A stretch of DNA of 64,000 nt from Candidatus Marinacidobacterales bacterium. GTDB lineage: Bacteria > Acidobacteriota > Vicinamibacteria > Marinacidobacterales > SMYC01. The stretch spans positions 672,001 through 736,000 of the forward strand of contig CBDCYI010000011.1 in NCBI GenBank assembly GCA_965224085.1. Direction: 5' to 3'. Below, piece by piece: positions 1-9,376 of the stretch. The notes under the pieces were generated by a model. That model was not told the DNA's origin. It did no database searches and was given only the letters and a program-made list of their open reading frames with translations. Position numbers and translations under genes: made by a program. Each line of letters opens with the position of its first letter. The first letter of the stretch is position 1.

Positions 1-1609
1 GAACCGTAACCTCTAGCTCGGATTCTGGAGAAAGCTTCTCGTCGTCCAAGCTGGCAAGGTCGGTGGCGAAATCGACTTCGATGGCGGGCTGTCCCTCCGC
101 ATAAAAGCTGGAGATGGAGACCGACAGCGGGAGGATGTTCTCGCTGGAGTAGAAGTCGGAGGAATCCTGCGCCATGGCCACCTTGACGGATTGCGCCATC
201 AGATGGCTCTCCTCGACAAGCTGCCGTCCCAGATCCCTGTAGGAGCCGAGAAGGAACCGCTGGTACAGGGGGAGGAACATTTGCCGGCTGGTGTACAGGT
301 CGCCCAAAGCCCTCGTCCGGTATGCGAGGACTCTCCGGGGATCGTCGGGCGCCGAGGGCCTGGTGGAGGCGACGCCCAAGTTCAAGGCCAGGGTCCACTC
401 ACCCACCCAGGGGCGCCTTACGAAGTGAAAGGCAAGAGGCTCGGAACCTAATCTCGTTATCTGCCAGGATTCCGTCTTGTCGCTTCCCGAGTAGTAGCGT
501 TCGGGGATTCGCCTGTCGGGAACGCCATGCCGGAGAAAGACAACGCCCCGATGGTCCACCCAATGGCGGCTGCGTTGCGCCAGCTTGAAAAACTCCAGTG
601 AATCGTAGTAGGGAAGCTGGGGCGACAGCGATAGAAACTCGTCCTTGTCGGTGAAGTAGCCTCTACCCGTCGATTGAAGCGGATAATCCGTGACGGCTCT
701 GGCTAGACGACGGTAGTGTCCGGCGATTCGTGGGTTGTCGTCTCGAGTCGGTACTGGATCTCGTCTTTTCCAGAACCGTCGGAAGAAATCCTTTCTCTCG
801 TCGGTGTCCCAGAGATCCGGGTACTCCTCCCATTCCGAGCTCGAAGCGATGGAGGAGATGTCGCGGAATAGCCTCTCAGCCGTTTGGGGCTCCAACCGCT
901 CCAGGACGCCCCGGTAGTAGCTCTCACCTTCTTCGTCCAATTTCATTTCGAACAGGGCACGAGCTTGAGTGAGGTCCAGGAGATTTCGAAGCCACCCTGT
1001 TGGTTCGGTGACGGCGACGTCTCGAAGCTCTTCGAGCGCCGCTTTGGGTTTTTCGAGCCTGAGTTGGATCTCGGCGCGCTGCCAGGCGGCGACGGGACCC
1101 GGGTGCGAAGCGATGACTTTCGCATGACTTTTCAGCTCCTTTTTGCTGGGGTTGAGAGCGAGCCAGAGATCGAAGACCTCGTCACCAAGAGAGGTGAGCT
1201 CCAATAACTCCGCCCTCAGATCCTTGAACTTCACTTTCGGCTCCGCTCTGAGCTCCAAGAGCACGCGGGCATAACGAAGCTTTGGAGAATCCGGTCCGCT
1301 TCGCGCAACCTCGAGGGCCTCCTCGTTTCTTCCAAGCTGGGAGAGAGTGACGGCAAGGCCGAGGCGAGCTTCGGCGTGAGTATCCAAGATGCTCTGGAAA
1401 GCGCCCTCCGCGAGGCCCCAGTCACCGGAGGCCGCATTCACGTATGCTTCCTCGAGACCTGGAGCGGCGGCCGAGGCATCGTCGAGCTCGAGCAAACTCA
1501 CGAGCCGATCGGGTTCGAGACCGATGTAGTGGGCCTCGGTGGTCGTCGATATAAAAAACGCCAGGCTCGCCAGGCTCGCGAGTCGGGACTCCCATCGATT
1601 TCTGCTCAT
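1..1609 (-). CDS. GWxTD-domain-like exported protein with N-terminal TPR-like helices (partial, runs off the left edge)
   Basis: Manual translation from ATG 1609, with GAGG just upstream, stays open to base 1. Contains FFRRFWKRRDPVPTRDDNPRIAGHYRRLARA and WVDHRGVVFLRHGVPD...ESW, matching the FWxxRDP...HYRR...DRG..Y...G.PD pattern of GWxTD proteins. Absent from the ORF track because no stop lies in the window. Confidence 0.75.
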   Translation of the reverse strand, partial: MSRNRWESRLASLASLAFFISTTTEAHYIGLEPDRLVSLLELDDASAAAPGLEEAYVNAASGDWGLAEGAFQSILDTHAEARLGLAVTLSQLGRNEEALEVARSGPDSPKLRYARVLLELRAEPKVKFKDLRAELLELTSLGDEVFDLWLALNPSKKELKSHAKVIASHPGPVAAWQRAEIQLRLEKPKAALEELRDVAVTEPTGWLRNLLDLTQARALFEMKLDEEGESYYRGVLERLEPQTAERLFRDISSIASSSEWEEYPDLWDTDERKDFFRRFWKRRDPVPTRDDNPRIAGHYRRLARAVTDYPLQSTGRGYFTDKDEFLSLSPQLPYYDSLEFFKLAQRSRHWVDHRGVVFLRHGVPDRRIPERYYSGSDKTESWQITRLGSEPLAFHFVRRPWVGEWTLALNLGVASTRPSAPDDPRRVLAYRTRALGDLYTSRQMFLPLYQRFLLGSYRDLGRQLVEESHLMAQSVKVAMAQDSSDFYSSENILPLSVSISSFYAEGQPAIEVDFATDLASLDDEKLSPESELEVTV

Positions 1610-1921
1610 GATGAACCCTCTATGATGTTTACTTGTCAGGCCATGTACGGATTGTTGGTTCGGGGTGCTAGGCGTGTTCGCCAGCGCGCTCCTGTCACTC
1701 GGGTGTGATCCCAACACACGTCAGAAGTCCGAAAGCCAGTGAAGAGCCTCGTGTGTGGTGCGAACGTTCCCGTGCTCCGTTTTCTCATTTTCATGGGAGC
1801 ACCTCCTGTCAGGCTGTCCGCGCTTCGGTTTCTGTAGACTTCCAGCGTAGCTCGCCGAGGGAGCTCCTCCCGTGAAGCACTGCACAAGAGACGGAACCAC
1901 GGAGCGCTACGATGCGAACGT

Positions 1922-3340
1922 ATGCTTATTTTTTCGAAGCGACGCGATGCGGTGTATGGACGAGCACAGTCTGTTGCCCGGGACACGCTTCTGCTCGCCG
2001 CCTTGACACTGATGGCGACGCCGACGACGGCGAGTTTCAGCTTCCTGTCTGCGCGACCCCTGTTCTACCCGTCGCTCGCTTCACAACAAGCGAGCGCGAC
2101 GGCGGAGAAAGAGAAATCCGTCGGAGAGACGCGTCGCGGTACGGAAACGGATGAAGAGAATAGGACTGGCCTCGACGACGAACTAGGCGCGACGTTGAGG
2201 GAGCTCGATGAGCTCCTGCTGCGTGAGCAAGAGCTGCTGGAGGAGAGTCGGGAGGCCGCGGAGTCGAGCTCTTCGGATAGCGGTAGCGCCGAAGAAGGGG
2301 AAGAAGACTCGGCCCGCGACGGTGAGAGTGAGGGTGAGGATAGTGCCCGCACGCCCGGTGGTGGCTCGAGTGGAGGATTCCCCGATGCGCCACCCGCTGT
2401 GCCCCTACCGCCGCCTGCCGGCATGCTCGCGGGCGGGGAACGGACGCAAACGACAATCGGTCGCGCGCCACCGCCACCGGACGTCAGCGACGGCGGAGAG
2501 ACGCGTCGCGGTGCGGAAACGGATGAAGAGAAAAGGGCTGGCCTCGACGACGAACTAGGCGCGACGTTGAGGGAGCTCGATGAGCTCCTGCTGCGTGAGC
2601 AAGAGCTGGCTGAGGAGAACCGTGAGGCCGCGGAGTCGAGCTCTTCGGATAGCGGTGGCGCCGAAGAAGGGGAAGAAAACTCGGCCCGCGTCGGTGAGAG
2701 TGAGGGTGAGGATAGTGCCCGCACGCCCGGTGGTGGCTCGGGCGGAGGATTGCCCGATGCGCCACCCGGTGTGCCCCTACCGCCGCCTGTCGGCATGCCC
2801 GCGGGCGGGGAACGGACGCAAACGACAATCGGTCACGCGCCACCGGACATCGGCGACGTCGGAGAGACGCATCGCGGTACGGAAACGGATGAAGAGAAAA
2901 GGGCTGGCCTCGACGACGAACTGCGCGCGACGTTGAGGGAGTTCGATGAGCTCCTGTTGCGTGAGCAAGAGCTGGTGGAGGAGAGCCGGGAGGCCGCGGA
3001 GTCGAGCTCTTCGGATGGCGGTGGCGCCGAAGGCGGGGGAGAAGACTCGGGCGCGAGCGCCGCGGACGACCGCGAGGGTGAAGATAGTGCCGGCACGCCT
3101 GATGGTGGCGCTGCCGGAGGATTGCCCGATGTGCCCCTACCGCCGCCGACGGGCACTCCCGCGGGTGGCGCGACAACCGGTCGTGCACCACGTCCACCGG
3201 ACGTCGGCGACGGTCGTGATGACGATATCGTGGCACGGCAACTCCGTGAGGCCGCGCAGAATGAAAAAGATCCCGCGCTGCGTGAAAAGCTGTGGGACGA
3301 GTACCGCGCCTACAAGCACGGAGCCAGCGTCAACAAGTAA
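1922..3340 (+). CDS. Acidic Gly/Pro-rich exported protein with three ~123-aa tandem repeats and C-terminal DDDIVARQLREAA..E.DP.LREKLWDEY motif
   Basis: 472-aa ORF with a hydrophobic N-terminal segment and three copies of LDDELxATLRExDELLLREQEL. First gene of the co-oriented cluster. Confidence 0.75.
   Translation: MLIFSKRRDAVYGRAQSVARDTLLLAALTLMATPTTASFSFLSARPLFYPSLASQQASATAEKEKSVGETRRGTETDEENRTGLDDELGATLRELDELLLREQELLEESREAAESSSSDSGSAEEGEEDSARDGESEGEDSARTPGGGSSGGFPDAPPAVPLPPPAGMLAGGERTQTTIGRAPPPPDVSDGGETRRGAETDEEKRAGLDDELGATLRELDELLLREQELAEENREAAESSSSDSGGAEEGEENSARVGESEGEDSARTPGGGSGGGLPDAPPGVPLPPPVGMPAGGERTQTTIGHAPPDIGDVGETHRGTETDEEKRAGLDDELRATLREFDELLLREQELVEESREAAESSSSDGGGAEGGGEDSGASAADDREGEDSAGTPDGGAAGGLPDVPLPPPTGTPAGGATTGRAPRPPDVGDGRDDDIVARQLREAAQNEKDPALREKLWDEYRAYKHGASVNK
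2123..3210 (+). repeat. Three in-frame tandem repeats (372 bp, 366 bp, third more diverged)
   Basis: The GGAGAGACGC.TCGCGGT.CGGAAACGGATGAAGAGAA motif starts at 2123, 2495 and 2861. Confidence 0.95.
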
Positions 3341-3381
3341 CCGGGCAATCATTGAATGACGATAAATGAAGGAGGACAGCG

Positions 3382-4615
3382 ATGCGGAGCCCAGATTTGA
3401 TTCTTCGGTGGACCGTCATCTGTATTTTCGCGGGAGGGCTTTTAGCTCCGTCTCTTTCGGCCAGAGAGAACCGGCAAGTGGACGCCATCCAAGCCCATTC
3501 CGAGATCCCGGAAGAAAGTCTCTTGGACGTAGGGATTCTCGTCTTCGATCCGGGACTGCCAGAAGACGAAGAGGAGGTCTACGATTTGGAAGCAAAGGGC
3601 GTCTTCGAAGGTGTCCGCAAGGCCGAGGCACGCTACATAGCAATCCAGCTCCAGCGGACTCTGGAGTCCACCGGTAACTGGGGCGCCGTGCGCGTCGTCC
3701 CGGCCGCGAATCGAGTGGACGTGAAAGTGTCGGGGCGCATCGTCACCTCGACGGGAAAGACTCTGGTCGTGAAGCTCCGCGTGGTGGATGCCCGCGGCCG
3801 CATTTGGCTGAACAAAAAATACAAGGGCAAGGCGAATGTAGGCTCCTATAGGCGTAAGGAAAGGTGACCGGCGGGATCCCTTTCAAAGCCTCTACAACCG
3901 AGTCGCCAACGACATGCTGAAGTTTCGCGACAAGAAACTCGACGCGGAGGATTTTCGGCAAGTGCGCATGGTCTCCCGCCTCGAGTTCGCCGGTGATCTT
4001 GCTCCCACCATCTTTGCCGACTATCTGCGCGTGGATAGGAAGGGACGCCGTTTCATCGAAAAACTGCCGGCGGAAAACGATCCCATGATGGAGCGGATCG
4101 CCGAGATTCGCGAACGGGATCGGATGTTCGTCGATACTCTCAACGAGCATTATGCCGACTTCTACACGAAGATGGATGAACCCTATGACAGTTGGCGATC
4201 CTTCGCCTACGAAGAGCAGAGAGAGCTCGACAGCCTGAAGAAAAAATCGAAGTGGGCGAAGATTCTAGGGACGGCGGCCGTCATCGGCGGTGCCGTGGCG
4301 GCCGCGAAGGGCGGAGCAGGAAGCTTTGCCGGACAAGCGGGTATCGGTGGCGGGATCGCCGCGATTACCTATGGGATGAAGCAGTCGGGGGATATCAAGA
4401 TGCACCTCGAGGCCATGCGTGAGCTCGGGGCCTCGCTCGATACCGACGTCTCCCCGATGGTGATCGACGTGGAAGGCGAGGTCACGAAGCTCAGCGGCTC
4501 TGTGGACATCAAGTACGCCACGTGGCGCCGGTTATTGCGGGAGATCTTCGCCGCCGAAACGGGGATTCCCATCGACCCCAACACGGAGGTCGATCTGGGC
4601 GCCCCGAGCAACTGA
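3382..4615 (+). pseudogene. Secreted hypothetical protein split by a +1 frameshift near 3850-3870
   Basis: ORF 3382..3867 has a signal peptide. The frame of ORF 3914..4615 is open upstream as KGDRRDPFQSLYNRVANDML and overlaps the end of the first ORF. Gly-zipper-like hydrophobic stretch (ILGTAAVIGGAVAAAKGGAGSFAGQAGIGGGIAAI). Could be a sequencing error. Confidence 0.7.
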
Positions 4616-4710
4616 GTCGTTCGCGACACCTGCACCAGCGTCATGTATGCGCTAGTGCAAGGTCAATCGCTCCATCGAAGGTTGACGTGAGTCAGAGAGA
4701 GGTGTGGCTG

Positions 4711-5895
4711 ATGCAATATCAGGAAAGTTCGGAACGCGCGGTGGCCACGCGTGCCGAGAAGTTCAAGCTCAGGCCTCCGCCGCGTGTGACGGTGAAACCC
4801 ATTCCGCTGGAATCAAAACGCCGGGTCAACGAGCTTCAGGGCGGAAAAAGTGGCGTCGGGTGGATCACGGTGACGGCCCTCGTCATCCTTCTCCTGATGG
4901 CGTTCTCGGTTTTCTTCGTCCTGCCGACGTGGGTGCACGACCGTTCGGCCCAAGCGGCGTTCATTGTCGAGCCTGTTGAGAGTGCCGAGCCTGTCGAGCC
5001 TGTTGAGCGTGTTGAGCCCGTCGAGCGTGCAACCGACGTTGCGGTAGCGTCCGCTGCGCCATTGCCCGTCACGGCGATCGAGAGCTCGCGGGCGCCGGCG
5101 TCTCCCAAAGATGAAGCGGAGCCTGCGCGGGAGCGCGCGACGGCCTCCCAACACGAAGCCGCGGCCGTCGGTCCGGTGGACGGGACGACCACCGAGCAGG
5201 CCTTTATCGAGGTCATGTCCCAAGGGATGGCGGCGCTCGAACGCGGAGACTACCGTGCCGCACGGGATGCTTTCCAGCGAGCCAACAGAATGCGACCAGC
5301 GGCGGCACAAGTCGCCGATGGACTGGCGCAGGCCGAGCAAGGCCTGAATCTTGAGGCGATGGCCGCCCTTCGCCAAAAGGCGCTCGCCTTCGAGGCGCGG
5401 GAGGCGTGGCGGGAGGCGTCGAAGCACTATCAAGCGGTGCTGGAGCTGGACCCGGCGATTCGCTTCGCTCAGCAAGGAAAGGCGCGGTCTCTAGAGCGAG
5501 CCGAGCTCTCCAAGCTGCTGGAGTTTCAACTGAAAAACCCATCGCGACTGTCCGATGACAAAGTGCTCGAAGAGGCGTCCGCGCTCCTCAGCACCTCTTC
5601 GGGAATCGAGCCCGCCGGTCCCGAGCTCCGGCGGCAGTTGAGCGCGCTCGAAGCGCTCATCGCCAAGGCCTCGATGCAGGTACGCGTCGCTTTCGAATCC
5701 GACGACTTGACCGAGGTCGTGATCTACAAAGTGGGCCGCCTGGGAAAATTCGCTCACCGGGAGCTGGACCTTCGTCCTGGCACTTACACGGTCGTGGGTA
5801 GCCGGCGCGGCTACCAGGACGTGCGGCGGCAACTCGTCGTCGCGGCGGGCGTCGGGCCCGAGCGCGTGGTGGTGCGCTGCGAGGTGAAGATTTGA
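4711..5895 (+). CDS. Membrane-anchored TPR-repeat protein
   Basis: ATG 4711 after GAGAGGTG. One TM helix (WITVTALVILLLMAFSVFFVLP), a VEPVE low-complexity linker, TPR-like helices (GMAALERGDYRAARDAFQRA; WREASKHYQAVLELDP) and a C-terminal beta domain (LRPGTYTVVGSRRGYQDVR). Confidence 0.8.
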   Translation: MQYQESSERAVATRAEKFKLRPPPRVTVKPIPLESKRRVNELQGGKSGVGWITVTALVILLLMAFSVFFVLPTWVHDRSAQAAFIVEPVESAEPVEPVERVEPVERATDVAVASAAPLPVTAIESSRAPASPKDEAEPARERATASQHEAAAVGPVDGTTTEQAFIEVMSQGMAALERGDYRAARDAFQRANRMRPAAAQVADGLAQAEQGLNLEAMAALRQKALAFEAREAWREASKHYQAVLELDPAIRFAQQGKARSLERAELSKLLEFQLKNPSRLSDDKVLEEASALLSTSSGIEPAGPELRRQLSALEALIAKASMQVRVAFESDDLTEVVIYKVGRLGKFAHRELDLRPGTYTVVGSRRGYQDVRRQLVVAAGVGPERVVVRCEVKI

Positions 5896-8324
5896 CGTCA
5901 CCGATCTACATCGAGGATGTTCGAGGCAGCCGCGTCGTCGCGGCTGGTGCGTTCCCCTTGACGCTGGGCGGGCCGGATGCTGACGTGGAGCTTCCAGGCG
6001 TTCACGCTCCCGAGCCCGTGGGCTACCTCGGTCTCTCGGAGGGAGAGCTCTTCGCACAGCCCGCAGAGACCGGCCCAGGGCTGGTCGGTAACGGCGCCCG
6101 TGTGTCGACGTCTCAGTGGCTCCACCCCGGTGACGTTCTCGTCATCGGTCACGCCCGGATCGTCGTCGAGCATGATGGGACGCTCACCCGATTGCGAGTG
6201 GAAGCAAACGGCGTGGAGAACAAAACGGACCCGCCCGAGGTGGTTTCTGCAGCGGCGCCACCGAAGCTCCATGCCGAGCTTTCCTCGAGCACGATCAAAC
6301 CCGTCGCTTTCGAGCCCGCTTCCATCACCACCGGACGTGGCAAGCGGCGCGCCCCTCGTCCTGCGGTGCTCGCGTTTTGGACCTCCGTGGTGCTTCTCGT
6401 CGCTTTCGGCTGGCTCGTCTTCAGCACACGATCCATCGAGGTTCGGATCGAGCCGCCAGCGGAGAGAGTCTTCTTCGAGGGCGGTCTTTATGCTCTCGAG
6501 CTGGGCGGCCGGCATCTCGTGCGCTCCGGGAGCTATACCCTCGTCGCGGAGAAAGAAGGTTATCGAAAACTGGAGGCTCGAGTCACGGTGACGAGTGAGG
6601 GCGGTCAAGTCTTCCGCTTCACCCTGCAGGAGCTCCCGGGTCGTCTCACCGTCGAGACGCCGGTGGATGGCGCCGTTATATGGATCGACGGCGAGAAGGC
6701 CGGGGTGACGCCGCTCGATCCGGTAGAGCTCCCAGCGGGCGAGCACGAGGTGCGGATTCGAGCCGAGCGCTATCAGGAATTCTCCACCCGGGTGAGCATC
6801 CAGCGTCGTGGCGTCGAAATATTGAAGGCCGAGTTCGTACCACGCTGGGCGCCCATCACGTTCCGCTCGGCGCCTGAGGGCGCCATCGTGCGCGTCGATG
6901 GCAAGAATCTGGGCACAACCCCCATCACGGTGGATCTCTTGGAGGGAGCTCATGCATACGAGCTGAGCGTGCGGGGGCGCAAACCACACCGAGGCCGGGT
7001 CACCGTCGTGGCCCGCGAAGAAAAAACTCTGCCCACGATGAGCCTTGCCCTCGTCGATGGGAATCTGCATCTCGAATCCAGCCCCGCGGAGGCCAATGTA
7101 ACCATCGACGGCGTCTACCAGGGTCAGACCCCATTGGACGTGGATCTTTCGCCCGGGGACGAACACGAGATGGGTGTGTCACGAGCCGGCTACGAGTCCC
7201 AATCGCGCCGAGTGCGGATCGACTCGGGCGTGAGCCAAACTCTGCGTGTCGATCTCGCCGTTCAACTCGGCGAGCTCGCGATCGCGGCCGACCCGCCCAC
7301 CGCCGAGTTCTTCGTCAACGGCGAGCCTCGCGGCCAGGCTAGCCAGCTCATTCGCCTTCCCGCCGTGGCGCAGCAGATCGAGATTCGGAAGGCGGGCTAC
7401 GAATCCTTCACCACAAACATCACTCCGCGGCCCGGATTCCCGCAAAGCATCGAGGTCACTCTCAAAACGTTGGAGGAGGCCATCACGGATGCCAGACGAC
7501 CCGTCATCAAAAGCGCTCAAGGACACGAGCTGCGGCTCATCGCCCCGCGCCGCTTCCAGATGGGCGCCTCGCGCCGCGAGCCGGGACGGCGGGCCAACGA
7601 GGCCATCCGGGACGTCGAGCTCACCCGCTATTTCTATCTCGGGACCAAGGAAGTCACCAACCGAGAGTTTCGCGCCTTCAAACCGGAGCACCGCTCGGGC
7701 TCGGTGAGAGATATCAATTTGGAGGGTGACCTTCTCCCCGTGGTTCGCGTGACCTGGGAAGAAGCGGCCGCGTACTGTAACTGGCTGAGCGATCGGGATT
7801 CACTCCCCCACGCCTACGTCCAGAAGGGAGCGACGCTGGCGCCGGTAACGCCTCCGAACACCGGTTACCGGCTGCCCACGGAAGCGGAATGGGCGCGGGC
7901 GGCGCGCTATCCCGATGGGGAGCGCGGGCGCAAATACCCTTGGGGTGGCGCGCTGCCAGTAGCCCCGGGCTCGGGAAATTATGCCGATGCCTCCGCCCAG
8001 GCATTGGTGGCCGCCATCCTGCCGAAATATAACGACGGGTTTGCGGCGACGGGCCCCGTGGATAGCTTCGACCCCAACCCGATGGGTCTTTTCAACCTGG
8101 GAGGAAACGTCGCGGAGTGGATCCAGGATCTTTATACGATCCGCCCATCGGGCACATCCAAGCTCGTACGGGATCCGCTGGGCCCCACGCAAGGGAAGTT
8201 TCATGTCATTCGGGGGTCGAGCTGGATGCACGGCCGAGTGACTGAGCTCCGTCTGAGCTTCCGCGACTACGGAAATAAGAAGCGGCCCGATGTGGGGTTC
8301 CGCATTGGGAGATACGCCGAATAG
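5892..8324 (+). CDS. FHA-like/TM/multi-PEGA/FGE-sulfatase (SUMF1) domain protein
   Basis: N-terminal beta domain, TM helix, about five PEGA-type repeats (GAVIWIDGEKAGVTPL, GAIVRVDGKNLGTTP, ANVTIDGVYQGQTP) and FGE-fold motifs (FQMGAS, EVTNREF, VTWEEAAAYCNWLS, YRLPTEAEW, NPMGLFNLGGNVAEW, GFR). 4-nt overlap with the upstream gene. Confidence 0.9.
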   Translation: MTSPIYIEDVRGSRVVAAGAFPLTLGGPDADVELPGVHAPEPVGYLGLSEGELFAQPAETGPGLVGNGARVSTSQWLHPGDVLVIGHARIVVEHDGTLTRLRVEANGVENKTDPPEVVSAAAPPKLHAELSSSTIKPVAFEPASITTGRGKRRAPRPAVLAFWTSVVLLVAFGWLVFSTRSIEVRIEPPAERVFFEGGLYALELGGRHLVRSGSYTLVAEKEGYRKLEARVTVTSEGGQVFRFTLQELPGRLTVETPVDGAVIWIDGEKAGVTPLDPVELPAGEHEVRIRAERYQEFSTRVSIQRRGVEILKAEFVPRWAPITFRSAPEGAIVRVDGKNLGTTPITVDLLEGAHAYELSVRGRKPHRGRVTVVAREEKTLPTMSLALVDGNLHLESSPAEANVTIDGVYQGQTPLDVDLSPGDEHEMGVSRAGYESQSRRVRIDSGVSQTLRVDLAVQLGELAIAADPPTAEFFVNGEPRGQASQLIRLPAVAQQIEIRKAGYESFTTNITPRPGFPQSIEVTLKTLEEAITDARRPVIKSAQGHELRLIAPRRFQMGASRREPGRRANEAIRDVELTRYFYLGTKEVTNREFRAFKPEHRSGSVRDINLEGDLLPVVRVTWEEAAAYCNWLSDRDSLPHAYVQKGATLAPVTPPNTGYRLPTEAEWARAARYPDGERGRKYPWGGALPVAPGSGNYADASAQALVAAILPKYNDGFAATGPVDSFDPNPMGLFNLGGNVAEWIQDLYTIRPSGTSKLVRDPLGPTQGKFHVIRGSSWMHGRVTELRLSFRDYGNKKRPDVGFRIGRYAE

Positions 8325-8351
8325 GAAGAACTTGGACTAAGGAGGCCTGAG

Positions 8352-8544
8352 ATGAGATTCGTTCTATATGCGCTCTTGGCATTGACTCTTTTGGGAGCTC
8401 GTCTGGCATCGACGATGACCGTTACGAGTGGACAAAGCAAACAGAAACAAGACGAGCTTCCCACGTTGAGACGAGCTTCCCACGTTCACCCCTACGGAGA
8501 AAGTACCCGCGGGCATTGCTGTCTCGTTTCCCGCGGATATCTAA
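8352..8544 (+). pseudogene. Small secreted protein (restored C-terminus FTPTEKVPAGIAVSFPADI) frameshifted by a 19-bp tandem duplication
   Basis: GGAGG RBS and signal peptide. AGACGAGCTTCCCACGTT occurs at 8450 and 8469. Removing one 19-bp unit gives a frame ending at TAA 8542-8544, 4 nt before the MotA/ExbB start. Confidence 0.7.
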
Positions 8545-8548
8545 GTAA

Positions 8549-9346
8549 ATGAAAAAAAACTACCCGGTCGAATTCATGTATCAGGCGTTCTCGTTGCTCG
8601 TGGCGGTGATCCTCGTCCACGCGGTCTACGTGTTGCTGGTGAGGCCGAAAGCGGATGTCGTCCTGGCCACCGCGCAGGCGTTCATGGAGGTCGAGAAGGG
8701 CTACGTCCAGGAGCGATCCTTCTGGGTCATCGTCCGCGATATCGAACAGGAATCCTGCTTCATCCTCATGTTCTGGGCGCTGGCCATCATCGCGTATAAG
8801 GGTGTGCTGGCCTCTCGCGAGCACCAGCTTCTGCAGAAGGACCTCGTGCCGCTCGCCGCAGGCTCGAAGGTCCTTCCCGAGGACGCCCGGGAATATGCCC
8901 GGCAGATCCAGTCGCTTCCCGATATCGAGCGAAGCCGCTTATTGCCGCGCGCTCTTCTGTCGGCGCTCGGCCGCTTCCGAGCCACGCGCAACATTCAGGA
9001 CGTTTCCGCCACCGCCCACGCGGTGTGCGCCTCGGAATCGGATCGGCTCGAGTCGGAGCTTTCCATGGTGCGCTATATCGCCTGGGCCATTCCTTCCATA
9101 GGCTTCATCGGAACCGTCCGCGGCATCGGCGAGGCCCTCGCCCAGGCCCACAAGGCGGTGGAAGGCGACATCGCCGGGGTTACCCAGAGCTTGGGTGTCG
9201 CCTTCAACTCCACTTTCGTCGCGCTCCTCATCAGCATCTTGCTGATGTTCGTCCTGCATCAGCTTCAGCTTCAACAGGATCGACTCGTTCTGGAGACGGA
9301 CAACTATCTCGACGGCCGCCTCATCGAGCATCTTCAGGTCTCCTAG
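8549..9346 (+). CDS. MotA/TolQ/ExbB proton channel family protein
   Basis: Motifs WAIPSIGFIGTVRGI and LGVAFNSTFVALLISILLMF. Four hydrophobic segments. Confidence 0.92.
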   Translation: MKKNYPVEFMYQAFSLLVAVILVHAVYVLLVRPKADVVLATAQAFMEVEKGYVQERSFWVIVRDIEQESCFILMFWALAIIAYKGVLASREHQLLQKDLVPLAAGSKVLPEDAREYARQIQSLPDIERSRLLPRALLSALGRFRATRNIQDVSATAHAVCASESDRLESELSMVRYIAWAIPSIGFIGTVRGIGEALAQAHKAVEGDIAGVTQSLGVAFNSTFVALLISILLMFVLHQLQLQQDRLVLETDNYLDGRLIEHLQVS

Positions 9347-9376
9347 CGATCGAGGTTTTCACTATTTTGGATTCTC

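Noticed and set aside
2123-3210. Long direct repeats as a possible CRISPR array or mobile repeat
   Set aside because: Units are about 370 bp, in frame, inside a coding sequence and without unique spacers.
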